64,000 nt of DNA from an uncultured Eubacteriales bacterium (GTDB lineage: Bacteria; Bacillota; Clostridia; Christensenellales; Borkfalkiaceae): positions 135 through 64,134 of the forward strand of contig CATKEF010000053.1 in assembly GCA_949747905.1 (NCBI GenBank), given 5' to 3'. The notes below the pieces were generated by a model that saw only the letters and a list, made by a program, of their open reading frames with translations, did not search any database and was not told the origin of the DNA. Position numbers and translations under genes: made by a program. This document shows, one piece after another, positions 20,112-30,014 of this stretch. How positions within the stretch are numbered: the first letter of the stretch is position 1; the number at the start of each line of letters is the position of its first letter.

Positions 20112-20967
20112 CTATGTAAACGACTTCCTCTTCAAGCCTGATGCCGAATAATTCATACACCCTCGCTTTAACTTCGGAAATCAACGAATAAACCTCTTTT
20201 GCGGAAGCGCCGTCATTCAAAATAAAATTTGCATGCTTTTCGCTTATTCTCGCTCCACCCCTTTTCAGTCCTTTAAGCCCCGCTTTGTCGATAAGCTGTC
20301 CGGCACTCGTTCCCGGAGGGTTTTTAAATACGCAACCACAGTTACCTAACTTCGGCTGACCTCTTCTGCTTTTTAATACCGCTAAAATTTTTTTTATAAT
20401 TTCTTCACGCGAATTATCATATATCCTGAGCACAATTTTCAAAATTACGCAATTTATGTCACGCATAATACTGTGCTTATTTGAAAATTGACACTTTTGC
20501 GCGTTAATTTTCTTTACTTTCCCATCAAACAGCTTAACAAACAGAATATCATCGCCTATATGCCTTGACGGTATTCCGCCATTCATATGTGTCAATCCGC
20601 CCAAACTCGCAGGAATACCCGCCAGATATTCGAGCCCGCCGACACCTTGATTGATACAATAATTCATAAGTGCGGCAACGGTTGTCCCGCTCATAACGTG
20701 CAATTCGTTCCCAATGCGAGTTATGCCCTTTAGTTTCAACGTACTTATTACTGCTCCGTCAAAGAACTCGTCAGAAGCCAAAACATTAGAACCTTTTCCC
20801 AAAATCACAAATCTTTCTTTGCTTTTACTGAAATGCTCGTATATCAATGTCATTTGGGCTTCATTTTCGGGAAAATATGCAACTTTAGCTACTCCACCTA
20901 ATCGATAGGTCGTATTTTCCGCAAAGCGGAAATCGTAAACTTTATTGACACTTTCGATTGTTTCCAA
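20086..20967 (-). CDS. murB: UDP-N-acetylenolpyruvoylglucosamine reductase
   Basis: FAD-binding PCMH domain, and a C-terminal GGARISEKHANFI region typical of MurB. Confidence 0.9.
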   Translation of the reverse strand: METIESVNKVYDFRFAENTTYRLGGVAKVAYFPENEAQMTLIYEHFSKSKERFVILGKGSNVLASDEFFDGAVISTLKLKGITRIGNELHVMSGTTVAALMNYCINQGVGGLEYLAGIPASLGGLTHMNGGIPSRHIGDDILFVKLFDGKVKKINAQKCQFSNKHSIMRDINCVILKIVLRIYDNSREEIIKKILAVLKSRRGQPKLGNCGCVFKNPPGTSAGQLIDKAGLKGLKRGGARISEKHANFILNDGASAKEVYSLISEVKARVYELFGIRLEEEVVYIGEFNDSYS

Positions 20968-21010
20968 ACCGCACCTCTAATATCATAACATTTTTTTATA
21001 CTTTTATCAA

Positions 21011-21934
21011 TTAAATACATAAATTTTTCAATTTTTTTAAATCGTTATTTGCAATTGCCGAATTTAATTCACCCCTCACGCTTTCACTTAGCGGAGAAAT
21101 TATCTTGTTCTGATATTCAAGTCCCTCCATGACTCGCATTTCGTCTTCATACAGAGTTTTGCCTTGATACATTAAACCCAGCTTTACTATTTCATTACTC
21201 CCAAACAAAAGATAATCGATAAAATTGCGAGCTATTGCTTTTTTTGCCGGTTCGGATGTTGTAATTGAAATATTCTGGTATAAATCATTGAATTCGGTCA
21301 ATGGTTTGACCGAAAATTTTACACCGCGCGTTTTCAATCTGAATATGTCGCGTTGAGTGCCGAGCAGATATTTATAGTCGCCGTTTATCAGTTTAACATA
21401 TGCCCCTGTAGGGCGTTCGGTTGCGGCGCCATGCAGTCCGCAAAACAATGCCGCTGCCGCGGACAGATTTTCCGTACCTAAATTTATAACAGTGTTTTCT
21501 TTTGTCACTGACTCAAAATTATCTGCCTCGATAAGAGAAAGCAAACAATATCCGCCATATGCCCAGGTATAAAAAGACTTGTTGCCTGTAATGTAGCTCT
21601 CTATACCGTATATCCCGGCACCATAAGAAATAAGGTCAGGGCAATTTCCGTTTTTTAAATTTTCCCTTGCGGCTTCGGAGCTCAGTTGAATAACGTTAAA
21701 ATAAGTATTCTTGTTAACCGAAAAACCGTTTGCCGCAGATTGGAGATAGGACGCACGCGAACCCTTACCACCCTCAAAGCAATCAATCTGCCATACCGAC
21801 ATTACCACCATTTCGTTTTCGGCTGAAACACCGTTTTTGTTTTTTAGCGCCATAAAAGGCACCGCAATCAATATTGCTACGGATATCAGCGAAACTATTA
21901 TTCTGAATACAATAAGTTTTCTTTTTTCAGGCAT
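21011..21934 (-). CDS. hypothetical membrane-anchored extracytoplasmic protein
   Basis: N-terminal TM anchor (LIVFRIIVSLISVAILIAVPFMAL) followed by a soluble domain of about 270 aa. I prefer a start at M13 (ATG ending at 21934), because the upstream part overlaps a strong hairpin. Confidence 0.55.
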   Translation of the reverse strand: MPEKRKLIVFRIIVSLISVAILIAVPFMALKNKNGVSAENEMVVMSVWQIDCFEGGKGSRASYLQSAANGFSVNKNTYFNVIQLSSEAARENLKNGNCPDLISYGAGIYGIESYITGNKSFYTWAYGGYCLLSLIEADNFESVTKENTVINLGTENLSAAAALFCGLHGAATERPTGAYVKLINGDYKYLLGTQRDIFRLKTRGVKFSVKPLTEFNDLYQNISITTSEPAKKAIARNFIDYLLFGSNEIVKLGLMYQGKTLYEDEMRVMEGLEYQNKIISPLSESVRGELNSAIANNDLKKLKNLCI

Positions 21935-22110
21935 AATATATTTTATTTGACAATTACGCCGAAAATACATAGGGAGTACTCAATATTATTGAATACTCCC
22001 CCGTCCGTTCGCCTGAATGCTTTAAAAACGTTCAGACAAACGAACATATATATTAAAGCGTTTCCGCTTGTAACAGTAGCTTGCGTCAACTTTAAAATAA
22101 TATGCATGAA

Positions 22111-22145
22111 AATAAAAAAGTGACACGGATTTTACCGTGTCACTT
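22111..22145 (-). terminator. terminator after yebC
   Basis: The minus strand reads AAGTGACACGG-TAAAAT-CCGTGTCACTT followed by TTTTTATTTT. Confidence 0.75.
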
Positions 22146-22153
22146 AATATTTT

Positions 22154-22888
22154 TTAATTTTCTTCATCGGGAAGCTCTACATTATGATATACATCCTGAA
22201 CGTCGTCAAGCTCATCGAGCTTATCAAGCATCTTACGGAAAGTTTCAAGTTTTTCGTTGTCAAGCGTGATATAGTTCTGAGGTATCATTTTAATTTCGGC
22301 TTCAAGAAAAGTAACGCTCTTGCTCTCGAAATACTTTCTTGCCTCCGACCACTTCTCCGGAGTCGTGTAGACTTCATAAATATCGTCTTCGGTTATATAA
22401 TCTTCTGCCTCTGCTTCAAGACAATACTCCATCATCGTGTCTTCATCGAGAGCAACCGTACGCTCTATCACAAAAACGCCCTTATTGTCAAACATATACG
22501 ATACACAACCCGTAGCCCCCATCTGTCCGCCGCATTTTCCCATAGCGGAACGAATATCGCCTGCGGTTCTGTTAACATTGTCTGTTAACGTCTTTATTAT
22601 AACGGCAGCGCCCCCCACGCCGTATCCTTCATAAGTAAGTTCCTTATAATCTTTATCGCCCAATTCACCGGCAGCTTTTGCAATAGAGCGCTTGATATTT
22701 TCGTTGGGCATATTTGCCGCCTTGGCTTTGGCTATTACGTCCGCAAGTTTTGAATTTGTGTCGGGATTGGGATTACCCTTTGCCGCTACGGCAAGCTCTC
22801 TGCCGATTTTTGTAAACATAGCGCCGCGCGCCGCGTCTGTCTTACCTTTTTTAGCCTGAATATTGTGCCATTTGGAATGTCCTGACAT
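22154..22888 (-). CDS. yebC: YebC/PmpR family DNA-binding transcriptional regulator
   Basis: The canonical N-terminus MSGHSKWHNIQ starts at M22 of the ORF-track product. That start removes the overlap with the upstream gene. Confidence 0.9.
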   Translation of the reverse strand: MSGHSKWHNIQAKKGKTDAARGAMFTKIGRELAVAAKGNPNPDTNSKLADVIAKAKAANMPNENIKRSIAKAAGELGDKDYKELTYEGYGVGGAAVIIKTLTDNVNRTAGDIRSAMGKCGGQMGATGCVSYMFDNKGVFVIERTVALDEDTMMEYCLEAEAEDYITEDDIYEVYTTPEKWSEARKYFESKSVTFLEAEIKMIPQNYITLDNEKLETFRKMLDKLDELDDVQDVYHNVELPDEEN

Positions 22889-22892
22889 TTTT

Positions 22893-23627
22893 TTACCTCT
22901 GCTTTGAATTTTTAAGTTGATACATTGCAATGCCTGCCGAAACAGCGGCATTCAAACTTTCGCATGTATCGGTCATTGGTATTTTCACTTTATAATCGGA
23001 AATTTCGAGAATTTCACGACTTATGCCTCCGCCTTCGTTTCCTATACAAAGACAGAACTTGTCCGGAGGAACAAAGTTGAAAATATTTTCCCCGTCAAGT
23101 GCACCACATACAAGCGGTATGCCTTTAAGCGTTTCTATTATCGTTTCCCTGTCTCCGGCATGAACTTTTACAAAGAAAATTCCGCTCATACTCGCACGCA
23201 CGCACTTCGGCGAATATGCGTCCGTGCAATTGATAAGATAAATATCCTTGTAACCCGCGGCGTTTGCGGTACGCAAAATCGTTCCGAGATTACCGGGGTC
23301 CTGAATCTTATCGAGCAGCAGACAACTGCCTTCGGGCGGCAACATATCAAAAACAGGCGTTTTGACAACAGCAAGTACGCCTTGTGGCGATTTTTCGGAA
23401 GAAACAGACTTGAATACACTTTCCGTTACGACAATCGCAGACGGATAGTTGTTCGCCAAACTCTCGACGCATATGATTTCCGTAACACCGCATTTTGTCG
23501 CAATACATTCGTTAACGGGTTTAATACCTTCGACAACATATAACCCGGACTCTTCCCTGTATTTTCTGTCGGCAATAAGTTTAGCAGTTTCCCTTATTTT
23601 TGAATTGCTTTTAGATGTTATAATCAT
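22893..23627 (-). CDS. TrmH/SpoU family RNA 2'-O-methyltransferase
   Basis: SpoU motifs NLGTILRTA, GNEGGGIS and SLNAAVSAGIAMY. Confidence 0.85.
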   Translation of the reverse strand: MIITSKSNSKIRETAKLIADRKYREESGLYVVEGIKPVNECIATKCGVTEIICVESLANNYPSAIVVTESVFKSVSSEKSPQGVLAVVKTPVFDMLPPEGSCLLLDKIQDPGNLGTILRTANAAGYKDIYLINCTDAYSPKCVRASMSGIFFVKVHAGDRETIIETLKGIPLVCGALDGENIFNFVPPDKFCLCIGNEGGGISREILEISDYKVKIPMTDTCESLNAAVSAGIAMYQLKNSKQR

Positions 23628-23663
23628 AAAAAATTAAGCCTTATGATAAGGCTTAAAATCATA

Positions 23664-24014
23664 TTATAACGCCTGTTTGGCTTTCTCTGCCAACGCAGTG
23701 AAAGCAGCAGCGTCGTTAACCGCGATTTCCGCAAGCATTTTTCTGTTCAGACTTATACCCGCAACTTTAAGACCATGCATAAGTTTGGAATAGGAAAGAC
23801 CGTTAAGTCTGGCGGCAGCGTTAATACGCGCTATCCAAAGGCTGCGCATATCGCGTTTTCTGAGCCTTCTGCCAATATAAGCGTAATTCAAAGACTTCAT
23901 AACCGCCTGACGTGCGATTCTGTAAGACTTGGATTTGTTTCCGAAATAGCCTTTTGCAAGGCGGAAGATTTTTCTGCGCTTTTTTAAAGCGTTTACCGTT
24001 CTCTTTATACGCAT
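23664..24014 (-). CDS. rplT: 50S ribosomal protein L20
   Basis: [25 protein letters not shown] is a typical L20 N-terminus. Last gene of the infC-rpmI-rplT operon. Confidence 0.95.
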   Translation of the reverse strand: MRIKRTVNALKKRRKIFRLAKGYFGNKSKSYRIARQAVMKSLNYAYIGRRLRKRDMRSLWIARINAAARLNGLSYSKLMHGLKVAGISLNRKMLAEIAVNDAAAFTALAEKAKQAL

Positions 24015-24031
24015 TACTCTATACCTCCCGA

Positions 24032-24232
24032 TTAACCTTTATATGGAATCATCGCTTTTACGTTTGATTCCTGCGTAGTAGAAACAAGCGTATTCTTACG
24101 CAAATTTCTCTTTCTCTTTCTGTTCTTTGTTTCAGCTTTATGGTTTTTACCGCCGTGAGGTCTTTTAACCTTGCCGGTGGAAGTCAGCCAAAAACGTTTT
24201 TTAGTACCGCTATGTGATTTCTGCTTGGGCAT
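24032..24232 (-). CDS. rpmI: 50S ribosomal protein L35
   Basis: [15 protein letters not shown]-terminus, 66 aa, located between infC and rplT. Confidence 0.93.
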   Translation of the reverse strand: MPKQKSHSGTKKRFWLTSTGKVKRPHGGKNHKAETKNRKRKRNLRKNTLVSTTQESNVKAMIPYKG

Positions 24233-24262
24233 ATTTACGTCCTCCGAATAATAATTTTGAAT

Positions 24263-24778
24263 TTATGCTTTTACGGGAGAAAGCATCATAATAATGTTTC
24301 TTCCTTCCGTTGTAGGCCTTTTGTCCTGTACAGCTTTTCCGTCCAAACCTTCGAAAAAGTCCTGCATAACCTTCACGCCCTGATAAGAACGTGCGTTTTC
24401 ACGACCTTTCATTCTTATGGAAACCTTGACTTTATTTCCCGCTTCAAGGAATTTGAGGCACTGCTTGGTCTTTACGGCAATATCGCCCACGTCTATAGTC
24501 ATTGACAGACGAATTTCTTTCAGTTCCACTACCGCCTGATTTTTACGGTTTTCCTTGTCGCGCTTGGACTGCTCGTATTTGAACTTCGAATAGTCCATAA
24601 TCTTGCACACGGGCGGCACGGCGTTTGGAGAAATCTTAACCAAATCGAGCTCGGCGTCTTCGGCAAGTTGCTGAGCCTGAAAACTGCTCATAATTCCCAA
24701 CATAGAGCCATCTGCACCTATTACCCTTACTTCCTTGTCACGGATAGCACCGTTGACGGAATACAAGTCTTTTATAAT
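24263..24778 (-). CDS. infC: translation initiation factor IF-3, probable ATT start codon
   Basis: IF-3 N and C domains (IRDKEVRVIGADG ...). In frame upstream of the ORF-track TTG I read TAA-ATA-ATT-ATA-AAA-GAC. The ATT at 24776-24778 lies 6 nt after GAGG, the classic infC non-canonical start. Confidence 0.88.
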   Translation of the reverse strand: MIKDLYSVNGAIRDKEVRVIGADGSMLGIMSSFQAQQLAEDAELDLVKISPNAVPPVCKIMDYSKFKYEQSKRDKENRKNQAVVELKEIRLSMTIDVGDIAVKTKQCLKFLEAGNKVKVSIRMKGRENARSYQGVKVMQDFFEGLDGKAVQDKRPTTEGRNIIMMLSPVKA

Positions 24779-24917
24779 TATTTACCTCACAAAGATTTTT
24801 GACAAAAAAATTTCGGACTGCAAAAGCAATCCGAAATAATGTAAGACAATAAGTCCTTTATACACTATTATGCCGAACAGAATGTCCGTACGGCGAAAGG
24901 GATAACCTTTGCTTCAC
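24779..24917 (-). promoter_or_regulatory. L20-type ribosomal-protein leader with attenuator hairpin
   Basis: A leader of about 140 nt lies between a consensus-like promoter and infC. It ends in the hairpin TTTCGGATTGC-TTTT-GCAGTCCGAAA plus TTTTTTT (24804-24836), about 25 nt before the infC RBS. Confidence 0.55.
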
Positions 24918-24923
24918 TTTTAT

Positions 24924-24952
24924 ATAATAACCCGATTTAAAGAAAATGTCAA
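24924..24952 (-). promoter_or_regulatory. promoter of the infC-rpmI-rplT operon
   Basis: The minus strand reads TTGACA (24947-24952), 17-nt spacer, TATTAT (24924-24929). Confidence 0.5.
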
Positions 24953-24962
24953 ACGATTTTTA

Positions 24963-26918
24963 TCAGAAAATCGACTTTTCTCTGTCTTCTTTCAATACTT
25001 TTTTGACAAAAGCATCAAAACTAATACTTTCTTTATCTTCCGAACCGCGCCTGTTAACGTTTACGCTCTTCTCCTCGGCTTCTTTATCGCCAACGACAAG
25101 GATATACGGAATCTTATCCATTTTAGCTTCGCGTATTTTATAACCGATTTTCTCGTTACGCTTATCGACTTCGCATCGAATGCCGCTTAATAAAAGTTTT
25201 TCCTCGATAGATTTTGCGTAATCGAGCGTTCTGTCGGTGATAGGGAGTACTTTTACTTGCGTAGGGCACATCCAGAGCGGGAATGCCCCGGCATATTTTT
25301 CTATTAAAAACGCAAGAGTTCTCTCGTAGCAACCTATGGAACTGCGATGAATGACATAAGGAGTCTGCTTGGTACCGTCAACGTCGATATACTGCATCTC
25401 AAAACTCTCGCCCGCGGCAAAGTCAATCTGAATCGTGATGAGAGTATCTTCCTTGCCGTGAACGTTCTTAATCTGAATATCGAGTTTGGGACCATAGAAC
25501 GCCGCCTCGTCATCAGCCTCGACATAATCGATTTTCAAGTCGTCAAGAATAACTTTCATCATTCCTTCGGTCTTTTCCCACGCCTCGTCGTTATCTATAT
25601 ATTTATCAGACCTGCTCTTGCCGCGCTTGGAAAAACGGAACGTCACGTCCTCTCTCATTCCCAAAGCGTCGAGGATATAATAAGAAAGGTCAAGACAACG
25701 TTTGAATTCCCCTTCAATCTGTTCTTTAGTACAGATAATATGTCCGTCGGAAAGGGTAAATTGTCTGACTCTTATAAGCCCGTGCATTTCTCCCGACGCT
25801 TCCTTTCTGAATTCGGACGCCGTTTCGGAATATCTGCAAGGCAAGTCACGATAAGATTTGAGACCGTTTTTAAAAATCTGATACTGGAAAGGACAGGTCA
25901 TGGGTCGCAGAGCCATTATCTCTTCACCGTTTGGCGATTCGCCCTTATCGTCAACCTCCCCTAGAACAAACATCTTATCACGGTAATGGTACCAATGCCC
26001 GGATATTTTATACAAATCCGATTTAGCCATATTCGGAGTTTTAGTAATCATAAAACCGCGCTTAGCTTCTTCATCTTCGACAAAGCGCGTTAAAATCTGT
26101 AAAATTTTAGCGCCCTTAGGCATCAATATAGGTAATCCCTGACCGACAACGTCGCTTGTCATAAATATGCCGAGGTCACGTCCGAGTTTGTTATGGTCGC
26201 GCTTTTTCGCCTCCTCTGCCGCAATCAGATATTCCTCAAGCTGAGACTTCTTTTCGAAAGCCGTACCGTATATTCTTGTGAGCATTTTGTTCTTCTCGTT
26301 ACCGCGCCAGTAAGCACCCGTAAGAGAAGTCAGTTTGAAAGCCTTGATTTTTCCCGTATTGGGAAGATGAGGTCCTCTGCAAAGGTCGGTAAATGTTCCC
26401 TGCTTGTAGAAAGAGATGACAGCATCTTCGGGCAAATCGTTTATAAGTTCGATTTTGTATTTTTCACCGTATTTGCTCATGAGTTTCAATGCTTCCGCGC
26501 GAGGAAGTTCGAATCTTTCTATCGAAGTCTTTGCATTAATGATTTTCTGCATTTCCGTCTCGATTTTCGCAAAATCTTCCTGGGAAATGGGAGTTTTGAA
26601 ATCAATATCGTAATAAAAACCGTTTTCTATAACCGGACCGATTGCGAGACTGCTGGTAGGAAAAATATTCTTTATCGCCTGCGCAAGAACATGCGCGCAG
26701 GTATGACGATACACATCCAAGCCCTCTTTGTCTTTGAGCGTAACTATTTCCACCGTGTCACCGTCAGACAGCGGGCTAGACAAATCACAGAGGTTTCCGT
26801 TGATTTTCGCCGCAACTGCAGAACGCGCAAGTCCGGCGCTGATTGCTGCAGCTGCATCAGCGCAGTCTGCGCCCTCTTCAATGTCTATTTCCTCACCGTT
26901 TTTAAGTAAAATTTTCAT
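24963..26918 (-). CDS. thrS: threonine--tRNA ligase
   Basis: 651 aa with TGS domain, editing domain, class II core and anticodon-binding domain. Preceded by a T-box leader. Confidence 0.95.
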   Translation of the reverse strand: MKILLKNGEEIDIEEGADCADAAAAISAGLARSAVAAKINGNLCDLSSPLSDGDTVEIVTLKDKEGLDVYRHTCAHVLAQAIKNIFPTSSLAIGPVIENGFYYDIDFKTPISQEDFAKIETEMQKIINAKTSIERFELPRAEALKLMSKYGEKYKIELINDLPEDAVISFYKQGTFTDLCRGPHLPNTGKIKAFKLTSLTGAYWRGNEKNKMLTRIYGTAFEKKSQLEEYLIAAEEAKKRDHNKLGRDLGIFMTSDVVGQGLPILMPKGAKILQILTRFVEDEEAKRGFMITKTPNMAKSDLYKISGHWYHYRDKMFVLGEVDDKGESPNGEEIMALRPMTCPFQYQIFKNGLKSYRDLPCRYSETASEFRKEASGEMHGLIRVRQFTLSDGHIICTKEQIEGEFKRCLDLSYYILDALGMREDVTFRFSKRGKSRSDKYIDNDEAWEKTEGMMKVILDDLKIDYVEADDEAAFYGPKLDIQIKNVHGKEDTLITIQIDFAAGESFEMQYIDVDGTKQTPYVIHRSSIGCYERTLAFLIEKYAGAFPLWMCPTQVKVLPITDRTLDYAKSIEEKLLLSGIRCEVDKRNEKIGYKIREAKMDKIPYILVVGDKEAEEKSVNVNRRGSEDKESISFDAFVKKVLKEDREKSIF

Positions 26919-26931
26919 ATAACCTCCAAAT

Positions 26932-27132
26932 AAAAAAGCCTTAAACGCAACAAAACGTTTAAGGACGCAAATTCAATTATGCGCGGTTCCACCTTAATTG
27001 CTTACTTTCAGTAAGCCTCTCTTAAAAATACGGATTGATAAAAGCGGTTTCCCTTATCCTTTGAAAATATGCGGCTCTCAGCACCCCGCATTCTCTGTAA
27101 AATTCTCTGGCAGTACTTGTCTTTTTCCGAGT
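26932..27132 (-). promoter_or_regulatory. T-box leader (Thr) controlling thrS
   Basis: The minus strand carries the conserved T-box AATTAAGGTGGAACCGCG (26981-27000). It is followed by the terminator CCTTAAACG ... CGTTTAAGG plus TTTTTT (26932-26967). AGAGA and GGTGCTGAGAG stem-I elements are present. An ACC triplet (27046-27048) is a candidate specifier. Confidence 0.8.
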
Positions 27133-27138
27133 GGTTTT

Positions 27139-27167
27139 ATTTTATTACATTAAGTTTGGTTTGTCAA
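27139..27167 (-). promoter_or_regulatory. promoter of thrS and its T-box leader
   Basis: The minus strand reads TTGACA (27162-27167), 17-nt spacer, TAAAAT (27139-27144). Confidence 0.55.
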
Positions 27168-27260
27168 CAAGTTTAGTAAGCTATTTACTTAAAAATATTT
27201 GCCATTTCTTTAATTTGTCTGTATAATTAATACAATTATATAAGTTTAAGGAACAATAGT

Positions 27261-29669
27261 ATGGCTTACACCGATTTTACCGCCGTAGAAAAAAAATGGC
27301 TCAAATTCTGGGACGACAATAAAACGTTTCATACCGACCTCCGCGATTTCTCAAAGCCCAAATATTATATTCTTGATATGTTTCCTTACCCCTCGGGCGC
27401 AGGTCTTCACGTGGGGCATCCCGAAGGTTATACGGCAACGGACGTCATTGCGAGAATGAAGAGAATGCAGGGCTTCAACGTACTTCATCCCATCGGGTTT
27501 GACAGTTTCGGTCTTCCTGCGGAACAATATGCCATAAACACGGGAAACAATCCGGAAGGCTTTACGCAAAAAAATATCGCAACTTTTACAGAGCAGCTGC
27601 GCATGCTCGGTTTTTCATACGACTGGGACCAAACGGTGTCCACCTGCGACCCCTCTTATTACAAGTGGACGCAATGGATATTCAAACAGCTTTGCAAAGA
27701 GGGGCTTGCACGCTATGTGGAAACACCCGTAAACTGGTGCGAAGAGCTCGGAACCGTACTTGCAAATGACGAAATAATCGACGGGAAAAGCGAACGCGGC
27801 GGATATCCCGTCGTGCGCAAAAACATGAAGCAGTGGGTTATCGATATAAATAAATATGCCGAAAGGCTTCTTGAAGGGCTTGACGAACTGGACTGGCCGG
27901 AGTCCTCTAAAACGGCGCAAAGAAACTGGATAGGAAAATCCGCGGGAGCGTACGTCGATTTTAACGTTGACGGCACGAATTACTCGTTTACCGTATTCAC
28001 CACTCGTTGCGATACTCTCTTCGGCGCAACTTATTGCGTTCTTGCGCCAGAGCATAAACTTGTGGAGAAAATTACGACTAAAAGTAACCGTTCGGCTGTC
28101 GAAAAATATATCAATGATTGCACAACGAAGTCCGAACTGGAAAGAACGGAACTGAACAAAGAAAAAACAGGAGCATTTACAGGCGCTTTTGCGGTTAACC
28201 CCGTCAACGGCAAAAAAATACCCGTCTATATTTCCGATTACGTCCTGACATCGTACGGAACGGGCGCGATTATGGCGGTCCCCGCTCACGACGGGCGCGA
28301 TTACGAGTTCGCAAAAAAGTTCAATCTTGAAATCATCCCTGTTCTTGACGGCGGAAACATAGAAAATGAAGCGTATACGCAGGACGGAAAACATATTAAT
28401 TCCGATTTTCTGAACGGTCTCGATAAAAAAGATGCAACGGAAAAAATGCTCGCATGGCTTGAAGCTAACGGAAAAGGGAAAAAAGCGGTAACTTATAAAC
28501 TGCGTGAATGGATATTTGCACGGCAACGCTATTGGGGGGAACCTCTACCCGTTATTCATCTTGAAAACGGAGAAACAGTTCTGCTTTCGGATGAAGAACT
28601 CCCCCTCACGTTACCCGAAATGAAAGATTATAAAGCCCGCGGCGGCAATGCTCCGCTCGAAAACGCATCAGAATGGGTAAATGTCGAAATCGACGGGGTG
28701 AAAGGAAAACGCGAAACCACAACGATGCCCGGCTCCGCGGGTTCGAGTTGGTACTTTCTGCGTTACTGCGACCCTCATAACAAGCAGACTTTCGCCGATT
28801 ACGAACTTTTAAAATACTGGATGCCCGTTGATTTATATCTCGGCGGAAAAGAGCACCTTGTAGGGCACCTGCTCTATTCCAGATTTTGGAATAATTTCCT
28901 CTTCGACAAAGGTCTCGTTCCATGCAAAGAACCCTTTAAAAAACTTTTTCACCAGGGACTCATTCTCGGCGAAGACGGAAACAAGATGTCCAAAAGCCTC
29001 GGCAATGTAGTAAATCCCGACGATATAATTAAAGATTTCGGTGCGGACGTTCTCAGAATGTACGAAATGTTTATGGGTCCCGTTGCCGACGCAAAGCCCT
29101 GGTCCACCGCAAACATCGAAGGCGTAAAGAAATTCGTAGACAGAATATACAGATTGTACTGCGAATCGGACGTTATTACCCCCGATAAGAACGCTAATCT
29201 GGAAAAAATCTATCATCAGACAGTTAAAAAAGTTACCGAAGATTATGAAGCAATGAAGATAAATACCGCAATTTCCCAGATGATGATTTTTGTCAATGCA
29301 ATTTATAAAGAAATTGCGGACGGTCGTTCTTTCCCCGTGGAATACGCAGAAGGCTTGATAAAACTGCTTAACCCCGTAATTCCTTTTATTACGGAAGAAA
29401 TCTGGAACACAAAACTCGGTCATATCGATACAATAGCTTACGAAAAATGGCCCGAATTCGACGAATCGAAGTGTGCGGAAGACGGATTCGAATATGCCGT
29501 TCAGGTAAACAGCAAGATAAAGGCTAAAATCGTCATTCCCGCAAACATGAGCAATGCTGATATTGAAAAAACCGTTAAAGCTCATTCCGATATTGCTCCC
29601 CTAATCGACGGAAAACAGATAAAGAAATTTATCATCGTTCCCAAAAGACTGATAAACGTAATAATTTAA
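27261..29669 (+). CDS. leuS: leucine--tRNA ligase
   Basis: 802 aa with class I HIGH (HVGHPEGY) and KMSKS (NKMSKSLGN) motifs and a CP1 editing domain. Confidence 0.95.
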   Translation: MAYTDFTAVEKKWLKFWDDNKTFHTDLRDFSKPKYYILDMFPYPSGAGLHVGHPEGYTATDVIARMKRMQGFNVLHPIGFDSFGLPAEQYAINTGNNPEGFTQKNIATFTEQLRMLGFSYDWDQTVSTCDPSYYKWTQWIFKQLCKEGLARYVETPVNWCEELGTVLANDEIIDGKSERGGYPVVRKNMKQWVIDINKYAERLLEGLDELDWPESSKTAQRNWIGKSAGAYVDFNVDGTNYSFTVFTTRCDTLFGATYCVLAPEHKLVEKITTKSNRSAVEKYINDCTTKSELERTELNKEKTGAFTGAFAVNPVNGKKIPVYISDYVLTSYGTGAIMAVPAHDGRDYEFAKKFNLEIIPVLDGGNIENEAYTQDGKHINSDFLNGLDKKDATEKMLAWLEANGKGKKAVTYKLREWIFARQRYWGEPLPVIHLENGETVLLSDEELPLTLPEMKDYKARGGNAPLENASEWVNVEIDGVKGKRETTTMPGSAGSSWYFLRYCDPHNKQTFADYELLKYWMPVDLYLGGKEHLVGHLLYSRFWNNFLFDKGLVPCKEPFKKLFHQGLILGEDGNKMSKSLGNVVNPDDIIKDFGADVLRMYEMFMGPVADAKPWSTANIEGVKKFVDRIYRLYCESDVITPDKNANLEKIYHQTVKKVTEDYEAMKINTAISQMMIFVNAIYKEIADGRSFPVEYAEGLIKLLNPVIPFITEEIWNTKLGHIDTIAYEKWPEFDESKCAEDGFEYAVQVNSKIKAKIVIPANMSNADIEKTVKAHSDIAPLIDGKQIKKFIIVPKRLINVII

Positions 29670-29683
29670 AGGAGGACTGCAAT

Positions 29684-29728
29684 AAAAAACAGCGGAGCGA
29701 ATTTCAAAATTCGCTCCGCTGTTTTTTT
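29684..29728. terminator. bidirectional terminator between leuS and acpP
   Basis: AAAAAACAGCGGAGCGAA ... TTCGCTCCGCTGTTTTTTT. Confidence 0.8.
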
Positions 29729-29734
29729 ATAATA

Positions 29735-29956
29735 TTAAAGCGATTCAAGCATTTTAACCACGTCGCCGACGGTTTTCAAATCGCTTACTTTATCTTCCGG
29801 AATTGTTTTGCCGGTATTGTCCTCAAGAGTCATCAACAGTTCGACGACGTCAAGAGAATCGGCGCCCAAATCTTTGACTATATCACTTGCCTCCGTAATT
29901 GATGACTGAGGTATTCCCAACTGGTCCGCAAGTAATTTTGCAACTTCTTCAAACAT
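29735..29956 (-). CDS. acpP: acyl carrier protein (stand-alone)
   Basis: 73 aa with the phosphopantetheine attachment motif LGADSLDVVELL. Confidence 0.85.
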   Translation of the reverse strand: MFEEVAKLLADQLGIPQSSITEASDIVKDLGADSLDVVELLMTLEDNTGKTIPEDKVSDLKTVGDVVKMLESL

Positions 29957-30014
29957 ATATGTTCCCTCCTGTAATTATAGTAAAATTTTACAATATTCAT
30001 AAAAAGTTGTCAAG

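Noticed and set aside
22917-23543. 208-aa plus-strand ORF opposite the TrmH methyltransferase gene
   Set aside because: Shadow frame. The minus-strand product carries all the SpoU motifs, while this one has none.
25347-26909. 205-aa and 238-aa plus-strand ORFs opposite thrS
   Set aside because: These are antisense to an unambiguous ThrS and have no independent evidence.
27615-28526. 303-aa minus-strand ORF (and 28833..29585, 250 aa) inside leuS
   Set aside because: These are antisense shadow ORFs of leuS. The sequence is low-complexity (F, R, C rich), with no start context and no recognisable motifs.
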